Part shown: positions 37,425 through 48,979 of the stretch, piece by piece
Layout: every line of letters begins with the position of its first letter
Numbering within the stretch: the stretch's first letter is position 1
From: Squalus acanthias
Taxonomy: Eukaryota
NCBI GenBank assembly: GCA_030390025.1
Contig: CM059432.1
Span: 132,310,001-132,374,000, forward strand
DNA: 64,000 nt
Reading direction: 5' to 3'
Program-made: the position numbers and the translations under genes
Notes under the pieces: generated by a model
Told to the model about the DNA's origin: nothing
Seen by the model: the letters and a program-made list of their open reading frames with translations, nothing else
Databases searched by the model: none

Positions 37425-39635
37425 TTCTCTCCGATCCAACCCCGACATTGTCATTAAACCTGCTGACAAGGGTGGTGCTGTTGTTGTTTGGTGAACTGAC
37501 CTCTACCTAGCGGAAGTTGAACGCCAACTCTCCGACACCTCCTCCTACCTCCACCTGGACCATGACCCCACTACCGAACATCAAGCCACCGTGTCCAAGA
37601 CTGTCACTGACCTCATCTCCTCTGGAGATCTTCCCCCCACGGCCGCCAACCTCATAGTTCCCCAACCCCGCACAGCCCGCTTCTACCTCCTTCCCAAGAT
37701 CCACAAACAGGACTGCCCTGGTAGACCCATCGTTTCAGCCTGCTCTTGCCCCACGCAACTTATCTCTTCCTATCTCGACTCTATTTTTTCTCCCCTTGTC
37801 CAGTCCCTTCTCACCTACATCCGCGATTCCTCTGACGCCCTCCGCCACTTTAACAGTTTCCAGTTTCCTGGCCCCAACCGCCTCCTTTTCACCATGGACG
37901 TACAATCCCTCTACACCTCCATCCCCCACCAGGATGGCCTGAGGGCGCTCCGCTTCTTCCTTGAACAGAGGCCCAACCAGTCCCCATCCACCGCCACCCT
38001 CCTCCGCCTGGCTGAACTTGTTCTCACATTGAACAACTTCTCCTTTGACTCCACCCATTTCCTCCAAATCAAAGGTGTTGCTATGGGTACCCGCATGGGT
38101 CCTAGCTATGCCTGCCTTTTCGTGGGATATGTGGAACACTCTTTGTTCCAGTCCTACTCGGGTCCCCTCCCTCACCTCTTTTTCGGTACATTGATGACTG
38201 TATCGGTGCCGTTTCCTGCTCTCGCCCCGAACTAGACAATTTCATTCACTTTGCCTCCAATTTCCACCCTTCCCTCACCTTCACATGGTCCATCTCCGAC
38301 TCTTCCCTCCCCTTCCTCGACTTCTCCGTCTCCATCTCTGGGGATAGGTTATTGACCAACATTCACTACATGCCCACTGACTCCCACAGCTACCTGGACT
38401 ACACTTCCTCCCACCCCGCCTCCTGTAAGGACTCTATTCCCTTCTCCCAGTTTCTCTGTCTCTGCCGCATCTGCTCCGACGATGCCACCTTCTATACCAG
38501 TGCTTCCGACATGTCTTCCTTTTTCCTCAACCGAGGATTCCCCTCTACCGTGGTCGACACGGCCCTCGACCGTGTCCGTTCCATCTCCCGCACTTCTGCC
38601 CTCACCCCGACCCCTCCCTCCCGGAACCACGATAGAGTTCCCCTTGTCCTCACCTTTCACCCCACCAGCCTCCACATTCAACGGATCATCCTCCGCCATT
38701 TCCGCCACCTCCAACGTGATCCCACCACCAAACGTATCTTCCCCTCACCTCCCCTTTCAGCATTCCGTAGGGACCGCTCCCTCCGAGACACCCTAGTCCA
38801 CTCCTCTATCACCCCCAGCACCCCTTCCCCTTCACCCGGTACCTATCCGTGCAAGCGCAGGAGATGCAACACCTGCCCTTATACATCCCCCCTTCCCACT
38901 CTCCAGGGCCCCAAACACCCCTTCCAGGTGAAACAGCGATTTACTTGTACTTCTTGCAATCTAGTATACTGTATCCGCTGCTCACGATGTGGTCTCCTCT
39001 ACATTGGGGAGACCAAATGCAGATTGGGTGACCGCTTTGCGGAACGCCTCCGTTCAGTCCGTAAGGGTGACCCCGAGCTTCCGGTCGCTTGTCATTTTAA
39101 TTCACCCCTCCACGCCCACTCAGACCTCACCGTCCTCGGCCTCGTGCATTGTTCCACGGAAGCTCAGCGTAAGCTCGAGGAACAGCACCTCATCTTTCGT
39201 TTAGGCACTTTACAGCCTTCCGGACTCAATATCGAGTTCAACAATTTCAGATCATAACCCCGGCCCCTCCCACATATATATACATTTTATCCACCCCTTT
39301 TGGTCCGTGCCTTTTTCCTTTTTTTTTCTTTCTCTCTCCCCCTACGGCAGCTGTCTCATTCTGCCAGCTTTTCACACCTCAGCTTTTGTTTCTTAACCTG
39401 TCCCATTACCATCTCGTCTTGCCTTGAGCATCTCTTAATGTCTCTACTCACCATAGACCAACCCTTTTGTTCTTTTATTCCTCCCCCCAGCCTCTCCCTT
39501 GCATTTTTATCTGTTTAATTTCTTGCTTTTCTCTCAGTTCCGACGAAGGGTTTCGACCTGAAATGTTAACTCTGTTTCTCTCTCCACGGATGTTGCCTGG
39601 CCTGCTGAGTTTTTCCAGCGTTTTCTGTTGTTATT
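37425..39635 (+). mobile_element. Penelope-like retroelement (family A), 5'-truncated; RT plus GIY-YIG plus terminal repeat
   Basis: IVIKPADKGG, LPKIHK, MDVQSLYTSIP, GVAMGTRMGPSYA, a frameshift just before RYIDD (about 38180), GIY-YIG domain ending at 39257, and a mutated hammerhead at about 39536-39571. Confidence 0.94.
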
Positions 39636-39864
39636 TCTGATATTCAAACATGACTTCCCACCTTCATTGACATTGACTGCTAATAGACCATTCTGTCTTC
39701 CCAGGCAACGCAGCCTTTTATAATTGACCAATAAGGAGGCACTGGTTTGCTCCAGTGACGTCAACTAAAAACCAAAAATAACTAAATGTGCCTCATCTTT
39801 AAAGGGGCACAAATAATAAGAGAGCTTAAATAAAAGGAAAAAGGAAACTTATTAAACTAAATAA

Positions 39865-40124
39865 ATTTCACACTTCTTTCAGCCTTAATCTGTCACATTA
39901 ACACCACCTCTAGCCTTGCATCTTAATGTCTCTTAATGTCTCTTCATCTCCCCCTTTGTTCTTTTATCCCCTCCCCCTTTTCCCAGCTTTACTCTGGCCT
40001 TAAATCTGTTTGATTTCCGGCTCTTCACAGTTCTGACGAAAGGTCATCGACCTGAAACGTTAACTCTCTTTCTCTCTCCACGGATGCTGCCTGGCCTGCT
40101 GAGTTTTTCCAGCGTTTTCTGTTG
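39865..40124 (+). mobile_element. Solo Penelope family A terminus with 13-bp TSD
   Basis: TTAAACTAAATAA at 39852-39864 and 40125-40137. Confidence 0.85.
40029..40065 (+). ncRNA. Minimal type I hammerhead ribozyme motif
   Basis: AGUU-CUGACGA-A-AGGUC auc GACCU-GAA-ACGU-U-AACU. Confidence 0.82.
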
Positions 40125-40129
40125 TTAAA

Positions 40130-40435
40130 CTAAATAATAATATTGTTAGCAGCGTCCGCTGCACACTCAAGCCCCTGTGGTGCCCACCGCTTGCAGAAGG
40201 CCTCAAGTGTATCGGTGGTCAGTGGACACCGTGTGCTCCTTCTCCAGGGACACCCGAGCATGGACAAGGCCGTGGAAGAGAGGCAGGCAGCTGGAGCTAC
40301 CGCCCCCCTCCCCCCACCCCGGGCCGTGTCCAACCTGGACCTGTAGGTAGCCACCTTAGCTAGGCCCAGGAGCAGACCCACGAGGCGGTCCTCCGACTTG
40401 CCCGCCCCACCTCCGCACCGGGTGGATAAAGGCAA
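40130..40435 (-). mobile_element. L1/Tx1-type LINE, ORF2 C-terminal remnant
   Basis: RLVGLLLGLAKVATYRSR...LEAFCKRWAPQGLEC resembles Tx1-clade ORF2 ends. Confidence 0.65.
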
Positions 40436-41124
40436 TGTATGTGAGTTTGGTCCTGAGAGAAACGGTCAGATCCGTTACCTGTAATGGCTGTCGACTTCTA
40501 ATGAAATCAGATCCCGTTTAACTAGGGGGTGTTTGTTGACGTACAATTTCCAATGCATAACCCAACATTCATTGTTCATCCCATGGCCTACCATCCCAGA
40601 TAGTTCACAAAGAAGGTCAAGCTTTGGTGCTTAGGAAGTGCTGGCTTGCGAATGAAAGCTGAATTTGTGGAGCGCATGAACAAAGAGCAAAGGAAAATAA
40701 GCTGCTTTAACACTAGCACACATGGAATTTCAGCCCTAGAGTGTGTTAAACCAGTTTAAAAAAAAAGTAAGTTGTTTTCTCATTGCCCTTATATCACACA
40801 CCAATCTTCACCAAAGACAGGCTGGAGACCTACTTCTCAGCCAATGATGCTTTATATCTACACACTAGGAGGTGCAAACGGACAGCTCAGGGTGACTGGC
40901 CCTCCAATTTTATTGTCCTCTTTTTGGGGAAGCTACTGGGCTTTACCCAATGCCTCCCCATTATGGCAAGCCTGAGACCAGGAATTCAGCACAAGGGGAA
41001 CACAGAAAGAAATTCATATCCCCAGACTCAATGATACAATGTGCTGCAGTTCCAATGTGCTATACCACAGTGTCACCTTTGAGGGTGCATCACAATCTTA
41101 CACACATCCCTTACCAGATTTCAT

Positions 41125-43300
41125 AAGAACATAAGAATTAGGAGCAGGAGTTGGCCACACGGCCCCTCGAGCCTGCTCCGCCATTCAATAAAATCATGGC
41201 TGATCTTCTACATCAACTCCAATTTGCCACCCTATCCCCATATCCCTTGATTCCCTGAGTGCCCAGAAATCTATCGATCTTGGTTTTGAATATACTCAAT
41301 GACTGAACATCTACAGCTCTCTGGGGTAGAGACTTCCAAAGATTCACAACCCTCCAGTGCAGAAATTTCTCCTCATCTCAGTCCTAGATGACCAACCACT
41401 TATCCTTTTTTTTATTATTCGTTCATGGGATGTGGGCGTCGCTGGCAAGGCCAGCATTTATTGCCCATCCCTAATTGCCCTTGAGAAGGTGGTGGTGAGC
41501 CGCCTTCTTGAACCGCTGCAGTCTGTGTGGTAAAGGTACTCCCACAGTGCTGTTACGGAGTGAGTTCCAGGACTTTTACCCAACGATGATGAAGGATCGG
41601 CGATATACTTCCAAGTCAGGATGGTGTGTAACTTGGAGGGGAACTTGGAGGTGGTGGTGTTCCCATGCGCCTGCTGCCCTTGTCCTTCTAGGTGGAAGAG
41701 GTCGTGGGTTTGGGAGGTGCTGCCGAAGAAGCCTTGGCAAGTTGCTGCAGTGCATCTTGTAGATGGTACACACTGCAACCACGGTGCGCCGGTGGTGGAG
41801 GGAGTGAATGTTTAAGGTGGTGGATGGGGTGCCAATCAAACGGGCTGCTTTGTCTTGGATGGTGTCGAGCTTCTTGATTGTTGTTGGAGTTGCACTCATC
41901 CAGGCAAGTGGAGAGTATTCCATCACAGTCCTGACTTGTGCCTTGTAGATGGTGGATAGGCTTTGGGGAGTCAGGAGGTGAGACACTCACCGCAGAATAC
42001 CCAGCCTCTGACCTGCTCTTGTTGCCACAGTATTCATGTGGCTGGTCCAGTTAAGTTTCTGGTCAATGGTGACTCCCAGGATGTTGATGGTGGGGGATTC
42101 GGCTATTGTAATGCTGTTGAATGTCAAGGGACGGTGGTTAGACTCTCGCTTGTTGGAGATAGTCATTGCCTGGCACTTGTGTGGCGCGAATGTTACTTGC
42201 CACTTATCAGCCCAAGCCTGAATGTCATCCAGGTCTTGCTGCATTCGGGCATGGACTGCTTCATTATCTGAGGAGTTGCGAATGGCACTGAACACTGTGG
42301 AATCATCAGCGAACATCCCCATTTCTGACCTTATGTTGGAGGGAAGATCATTGATGAAGCAGCTGAAGAACGTTGGGCCTAGGACACTGCCCTGAGAAAC
42401 TCCTGCAGCGATGTCCTGGGGCTGTGATTATTGACCTCCAACAACCACAACCATCTTCCTTTGTGCTAGGTATGACTCCAGCCAGTGGAGAGTTTTCCCC
42501 TGATTCCCATTGACTTCAGTTTTACTAGGGCTCCTTGGATCCACACTCGGTCAAATGCTGCCTTGATGTCAAGGGCAGTCACTCTCACCTCACCTCTGCA
42601 ATTCAGCTCTTTTGTCCATGTTTGATTGGCACCCCATCTGGAATAAAAAGCTAGGATCATTAGTCCAGGCCTCTGGATTACTAGTCCAGTAACAGAATCA
42701 CTATGCGACTGTTCCTGAGACTATAACCCCTAGTTCTAGACTCTCCAGTCAGGGGAAACAGCCTCTCAGCATCTACCCTGTCAAGCCCTCTAATAATTTT
42801 ATACGTTTCAATGAGATCACCTCTCATTCTTCTAAAGTCCAGACAGTATAGGCCCAATCTACGCATATCTCTCCTCATAGGACAGCCCTCTCATCCCAGA
42901 AATCAATCTAGTGAACCTTTGTTGCACCGCCTCTAAGGCAAGTATATCCTTCCTTAGGTAAGGAGACCAAAACTGTACACAATACTCCAGGTGTGGTCTC
43001 ACCAATGCCTTATATAATTGCAGCTTCCTTACTCTTGTAGTCCAACCCCCTTGCAATAAAGGCTAACATACCATTTGCCTTCCTAATTACTTGCTGAACC
43101 TGCATGTTAACGTTCTGTGATTCGTGTACAAGGACCCCCAAATCCCTCTGAATACCAACATTAATTAGTCCCTCACCATTTAAAATATATTCTGCTTTTC
43201 TATTCTTCCTACCAAAGTGGATAATTTCACATTTCCCCACATTATACTCCATCTGCCACCTTCTTGCCCAATCACTTAGCCTGTCTCCGTCCCTTTGCAG
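41125..43300 (-). mobile_element. CR1 LINE split at about 41407-42712 by a third-family LINE
   Basis: CR1 3' UTR at 41125-41406 continues as CCTGAGACTAT at 42713; [25 protein letters not shown]. Confidence 0.88.
41408..42620 (-). mobile_element. Non-LTR retrotransposon, third family (CR1-group/Crack-like RT)
   Basis: ALDIKAAFDRVW, GMFADDST, WQVTFAPHKC, MEYSPLAWMSA; ends in an A-rich tail. Clade assignment is tentative. Confidence 0.8.
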
Positions 43301-43544
43301 CCTTTGTATTTCATCCTTAATAATACATTCATTCTTCCATTTTTCCAGGCTTTCCCATTTGAGGTTTGGATTTTCTGTTACCACGGGAAATTTCCCTTTA
43401 AGCCAATGACTGCCATTCAATTTTTCCCATGTAACCTTTCATGTAACCTTTCAACACATGTCAGGAAGATTGATGCTCAGAGTTAAGGTGGGCTGTTATG
43501 TCCAGATACGGTCCAGTATGCCATCATTGACTACGCTAATTCTT

Positions 43545-43915
43545 CATAGAATCATAGACTCCTACAGCGCAGAAGGAGGCCATTCAGCCCATCATGCCCG
43601 TGCCGGCTCTTTGAAAGAGCTATCCAATTAGTCCCACTCCCCTGCCCTTTCCCTATAACCCTGCAAATTTTTTCTTTTCAAGTATACTGTATATACAATT
43701 CTCTTATGAAAGTTACTATTGAATCTGCTTCCAACGCCCTTTCAGGCAGTGCGTTCCAGATCATAACAACTCGCTGCGTAAAAAAAATTCTCCTCATCTC
43801 CCCTCTGTTTCTTTTGCCAATTATCTTAAATCTGTGTCTTCTGGTTACCAACCCTCCTGCCAGTGGAAACTGTTTCTCCACAGTTACTCTATCAAATCCC
43901 TTCATAACTTTGAAA
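43545..43915 (-). mobile_element. CR1-type LINE 3' fragment
   Basis: FKVMKGFDRV..FFTQRVVMIWNALP. Confidence 0.85.
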
Positions 43916-44420
43916 TTTGAATAATTCTTGATTGTGTAATCAGTGACTTCGGACACCAGATATAAATGCACTCTCAGAGAGGTTACCGTCATAAATATTT
44001 ATTTGCAGTACTTACAGACCAACCATTGTTACCTTGAGCTGGAGAACGGAAGTGTTGTCAAGCGCTCCTCTAATCCGAGCTCTGCTCTAACAGACACTGG
44101 GTACACCACTTCAATTTCTACCTAACTGGCCTTGCCTTAAGCCACCGGGTTATCACGCAGGGGTACCATTTCCCTGTGTCACTCCACATACAAAGATGAC
44201 CTGTTTATATATCCTCGTTCTACAGAACTGAAAGAGAGATGAGTCAGAGCATCGGGTCCCTATCAGATACGCGCACAGACATTGCAGCTTTAACAAAGCT
44301 GGCAGCTCACCCCACTAACAGTAACAGTTTTACTGGCGAAAATGATTCAGCATTCTAGGAAGAATGCACAGCAGTAAAACAACATAATGACCAGCTTAAC
44401 ATTCCCTCACCGGTCTGCAG

Positions 44421-44800
44421 TAGGGGTTACCAACTCTGGTTGAACGTATTCCTGGAGCTTTCATCATGTGACCTCGTGCCGCCAACCGCCCCGCCCCCAC
44501 ACTTCCGCCATCGATCGCCTAAAACATCCATCATTGCTCTTCAACACCTTCCCCCATCAATTGGAAGGCAAGCGGACCCTTCATTACCCGATTGGATGAT
44601 TCAAAACTGTGTCAAATCGCCTCTTTTCCAATCTTAAATATTTTTATAACTAATAAATGAAAGTGTTCAAAGAAAATGAAAGAAAAACACTTTTTTAAGG
44701 CCCCTATGACTATTCTCCTGGTTCACTCGCAGCAGTGTCCTGGAGATTAATCTTTAATTCCTGGAGACTCCAGGACAATCCTGGAGGGTTGGCAACCCTA
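44421..44800. mobile_element. hAT MITE, same family as 31704-31951, inverted
   Basis: TIR TAGGGGTTACCA / TGGCAACCCTA; TSD GTCTGCAG / GTCGACAG. Confidence 0.8.
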
Positions 44801-44999
44801 GTCGACAGTAGTTTTCTAGTACAGTATAGCAAAATGTTACCATGGCAATACTGGAAGAATTTATACTGTTACACGGCAGTACAAGGATTGTGACCTATAC
44901 ATTTAGTAATGGACATATTGCTCCAGTTGGCCACTGGTCCTGCACCTCAATCTTGCCTCAATCTTTATATTCCGATCAACTTGGATCCCATGGCCTTGC

Positions 45000-45527
45000 A
45001 ACTCCAGCTTTAGGAAGGATGTCAAGGCCTTGGAGAGGGTGCAGAAGAGATTTACTAGAATGGTGCCAGGGATGGGGGAGTTCAGTTATGTGGAGATACT
45101 GGAGAAGTTGGGGTTGTTCTCCTTAGAGCAGAGTAAGTTAAGGGGAGATTTGATAGAGGTGCTCAAAATCATGAACGGTTTTGATCGAGTAAATAAGGAG
45201 AAACCATTTCCAGTGGCAGAAGGGTCGTAACCAGAGGACACAGATTTAAGGTGATTGGCAAAAGAACCAGAGGTGAGATGAGGAAACATTTTTTTACACA
45301 GCGAGTTGTTATGATCTGGAATGTGCGGCCTGAAAGGGTGGTGAGAGCAGATTCAATAGTTACATTCAAAAGAAAACTGGATAAATATTTGAAGGGAAAA
45401 AATTTACAGGGCTATGGGGAAAGAGCAGGGGTGTGAGATTAATTAGATAGCTCTACCAAAGAGCCAACACAGGCACGATGGGCCAAATGGCCTCCTTCTG
45501 TGCTGTATCATTCTATGATCCTATGAT
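45000..45527 (+). mobile_element. CR1-type LINE 3' fragment
   Basis: ERVQKRFTRMVPG..LRGDLIEV; ATTCTATG tail. Confidence 0.88.
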
Positions 45528-45714
45528 TCCAGCTGCTAGTTCAGATGCTTTGGCCTCACCAGTACAAGGTGACCAATTTTGGATGAAGGAGGTGTTAGAC
45601 TTTCTCTTGTTGGGCGATTCGGATACAGAGGCTGCTTGCATTGTTATCCTATTGAAAACGAGTGCTGGCGCGGATGCTGTCCCAACTGCAGCACGATTAA
45701 TTTTCCTGTAACAA

Positions 45715-46975
45715 GAAAGAATTAAAATACTTGAAAGACTCCACGGGTCAATCAGCATCTGCGGAGAGAACAGACGAGTTAACGGCTCAGGTGTGGGGCC
45801 CTTGGTCAGAACTGGAACAGATGAACAACATTTAAAAAGGACAGGGCAAAGGGTAGGAGGGGGGGGAAGAGGGAACAAAAACAGACTTACACACACACTC
45901 AAAAAGAAATAAAATGAGCTGTAAAGTGCTGAAATGGATAACAGGAGATGGTTAAATGGTTGAAATGATAATAACATGGGGCTATAGGAGGCATAATTAA
46001 AGATATTACAGTCGTTTACGAGGCGCAGAGAACTTATGAGTAGCTGAGGCAGTGTTGGAGGGGTGGGGGGTTAAGGCAGGTGGAAATGGAAGCATAAAAA
46101 ACTGGCAAAGTGGAGTAGTCTCCAGTGGCCCAGGAGCCTGGGAGCAGGAAAAGCAGGTAGACACCAAGGGTGCAGAGCACCTCGCCAGCACAGTGCTCCG
46201 ATACCGAGTTCCCACCCCAAGCTCCCACCTGTCCCGCCCCTCGGAACGCCCAGCCGCCATTGTCAGCACTTCCGACCGAAGAGAAAGTGGGGGCTATAGT
46301 TAAGGTGTGAAGTTATTAAAGTCAGAAGGCTGCAAAGAGCCTAATGATAAGATCCTGTTCCTCGAGTTTGTGTGGCGCTTCATTGGAAGAGTGGACAGCG
46401 CCAAAGACAGAGAGGCCAGAGTGACAAGGGTACAGGCAATTGAAGTCGGAAGAGACGCAGCTCAGGGTTGCACTTGGGAACAGAATGGAGGTGTTCACAA
46501 AAGCGGGCACCTAATCTACATTTGGTCTGCCCAATTTAGAAGAGACCACCCCATGAGCAGAAGTGAATACAGTAGACTCGGTCAGAGAAAATACACATAA
46601 ATTGCTGTCTCACCTGGAAGAAGTGTTTAGGGCCCTGGACAGTGTTGTGGGAGGAGACGAAAGGGCAAATGCATCTGCTGCACTTGCACGGGAAGGTCCT
46701 GGGGAAGGAGAGGACATGGTAGGAGTGTTGCAAGAGTGAACCAGAGTGTCACAGAGGTAATGGCTAATGTTCCTGTTACACCGCGCGGCCACGCAGCGCT
46801 CTGGAGGTCCCGAGCAGGCCACGTACCAGCTTTAAATGAGAAAAAAACTGCGCGTGCGTGAACATTTGAATTGGCTGCGCAGCCCGTTAAAGGCCTCCGC
46901 ACTGAAAAAAGAAATAAGAGGGAGCATTGGTAGTGGACCCTTTGGAAAGCAGAGAGGAGAGGTACGGGGAAGAGG
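45715..46975 (-). mobile_element. Old decayed Penelope family A copy (continues at about 51216-51290)
   Basis: Residual GIY-YIG region (TFPCKCSRC, TVQGPKHFFQVRQQF, HKLEEQDLIIRL) and a decayed terminus at about 45750-45815. Confidence 0.7.
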
Positions 46976-47506
46976 TTTGATTTCTATGATTCTATGGGGT
47001 AAAAATTCAGTTGGTTGCGCCTCCCGTTAGCGCCTTAAGAGGGCGCTAATGGGGCGCAAAGCCGCTAACGCCCGGGCGCAGCGATGTTTGCGCCGCTCGG
47101 GAACTTAACTAGAGATTGTGCGGCGGCACTAAACTTTACCGCTGCGACCACCTGCGCGCGCAGATTGTGACGTCATTCCATGGTGCAACGCCCTTGTGGC
47201 GCCCCGGAGCGGAAATTGAGTGGCGCCCCCTGCCTTACCGTCTGGCGCATCCAACGACCGGAAGACTGGAACGCTATCAATCGCTGTGGGGCTGGGGGGG
47301 GCGCTATTTAAAGGGGGCCTCTTCCTGTCTTTTTCTGTGGTTGACATTTTTGCACCACTCGTTCTGAGAGAGAGAGAGAGATTCGGAGAGAGAGAAAGAG
47401 AGACTTCTGCATTGACTCAACGCTTTGTGAGGTAGTTTTGCCTATTGATCCTAACTTCGCTAATACTTTAGTTGCTGTCCTTCATTACTTTGCTTGCAAA
47501 GAGACT

Positions 47507-48667
47507 ATGGGGGCTGCACTGATTGGGGGCGTCGTCCTGCTCCAGCTGAATCGGAGGACACAGAGACGCAGAGAGAGAGTGGCAATGATGGCCAGACGGA
47601 GGAGGGCCAACAGGCGTATGTACAGGAGAGCTTACCCTCCCAGGGTATATCGTGAACAGCTCTCCTACATTCATATGTCTGAGGAGCTGTGTTTGCGAAG
47701 GCTGCGATTCAGCAAGGAGGTGGTCACTGAGCTCTGCCACCTGCTGCAGCCAGATCTGCAGCCTCAACTGAGGTCCAGGACGTCTCTGTCGGTGGCAGTG
47801 AAGGTCACAGTGGCTCTCAACTTTTACGCTACTGGCTCATTTCAAGCTGCTGCTGGGGACCTCACCAATATCTCCCAGTTCGCGGTGCATTGCTGCATCC
47901 GGCAGGTCACAAATGCCCTCTTTAAAAGGAGACGAGAGTTCATCTCTTTCCCCATGACCCCAGACAAGCAGCGTGACCGCGCTCTGGGCTTTGCGAGGAT
48001 AGCGGGCTTCCCCATGGTGCAAGGCACCATTGACTGCACGCATGTGGCTTTGCGTGCTCCACATGAGAATGCCGAGGAATTCCGGAACAGAAAGGGGTTC
48101 CATTCCTTGAATGTTCAGTTGGTCTGTGACCACAGACAGCTGATACTCGCTGTCAATGCCCACTATCCTGGCAGCTGCCACGATGCTTTTATCCTGCGCC
48201 AGACTACTGTGGCAGAACTTTTCGAGGCACCGCATCAGCCAGTTGGTTGGCTTCTCGGGGACAAGGGGTATGCATTGAGCACCTGGCTGATGACACCGCT
48301 CCGTACGCCCAACACCCCTGCTGAGCTGCGGTACAATGAGAGCCATCAAGCTACCAGGAACATAATTGAGCGCACAATCGGCGTGCTGAAGCAACGGTTC
48401 CGCTGCCTCGACCATTCTGGAGGAGCCCTGCAGTACTCGCCTGAGCGAGTATCCAACTTCGTAGTTGTGTGCTGCATGTTGCATAACATGGCAATCGTCA
48501 GGACCCAGCCAATGCCACCAGGCCTTGGAGCACCACCAGAGGAGGAGGAGGAAGAGGAGGAAGAGGACGAGGAGGATGATCATCAGCAGCACCAAGGCGG
48601 GAGGGCGGCCCACAATGGTGAAACTGCAAGGGCCGTCCGTCAACGGCTAATAGCAAGCCGCTTCTAG
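47507..48667 (+). CDS. Harbinger DDE transposase (HARBI1-like), 386 aa from the first ATG
   Basis: Uninterrupted ORF with GFPMVQGTIDCTHV, NRKGFHSLNVQLVCD, YPGSCHDAFIL, LLGDKGY, and YN..H..TRNIIERTIGVLKQRFRCL. Confidence 0.95.
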   Translation: MGAALIGGVVLLQLNRRTQRRRERVAMMARRRRANRRMYRRAYPPRVYREQLSYIHMSEELCLRRLRFSKEVVTELCHLLQPDLQPQLRSRTSLSVAVKVTVALNFYATGSFQAAAGDLTNISQFAVHCCIRQVTNALFKRRREFISFPMTPDKQRDRALGFARIAGFPMVQGTIDCTHVALRAPHENAEEFRNRKGFHSLNVQLVCDHRQLILAVNAHYPGSCHDAFILRQTTVAELFEAPHQPVGWLLGDKGYALSTWLMTPLRTPNTPAELRYNESHQATRNIIERTIGVLKQRFRCLDHSGGALQYSPERVSNFVVVCCMLHNMAIVRTQPMPPGLGAPPEEEEEEEEEDEEDDHQQHQGGRAAHNGETARAVRQRLIASRF

Positions 48668-48979
48668 GGCCCCTGCTGTGGAAATGGCTTCTGCCATTGC
48701 TAACAACATCAATGAACCCAGCACGCAACCCCTAAGCCGGCCAAGGCACCAATAATTCCAAACACCAACCATGTATATTTTGAATACAGAAACTTATTTA
48801 TTTTACAAACTCTGTGTGCGTCAATTCCTCATGACAAACTCATAGAAATAAACACAAAAAAACAGTCAATAACATAACTGGTTCTCACAACCTGGAGATA
48901 ATGTCCAAAACACTAAACAAAAGTTGGACCATGAACCTCGACCTTTAATAAAAAAATGACCAGCATTTTGTCACACCTC

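Noticed and set aside
39257..40124. Tandem terminal repeats or a retrozyme-like double hammerhead at 39536 and 40029
   Set aside because: The second unit has its own 13-bp TSD and unrelated DNA separates the two, so it is an independent insertion. The first core is also mutated (CCGACGA).
47837..48643. 268-aa antisense ORF with a hydrophobic run
   Set aside because: It is the shadow of the transposase; the Leu/Phe run is the reverse complement of the GAG-rich acidic tail.
47507..48667. Host HARBI1 gene
   Set aside because: It lies within TIRs and a TSD with a partner Myb gene and interrupts another repeat, so it is a transposon copy.
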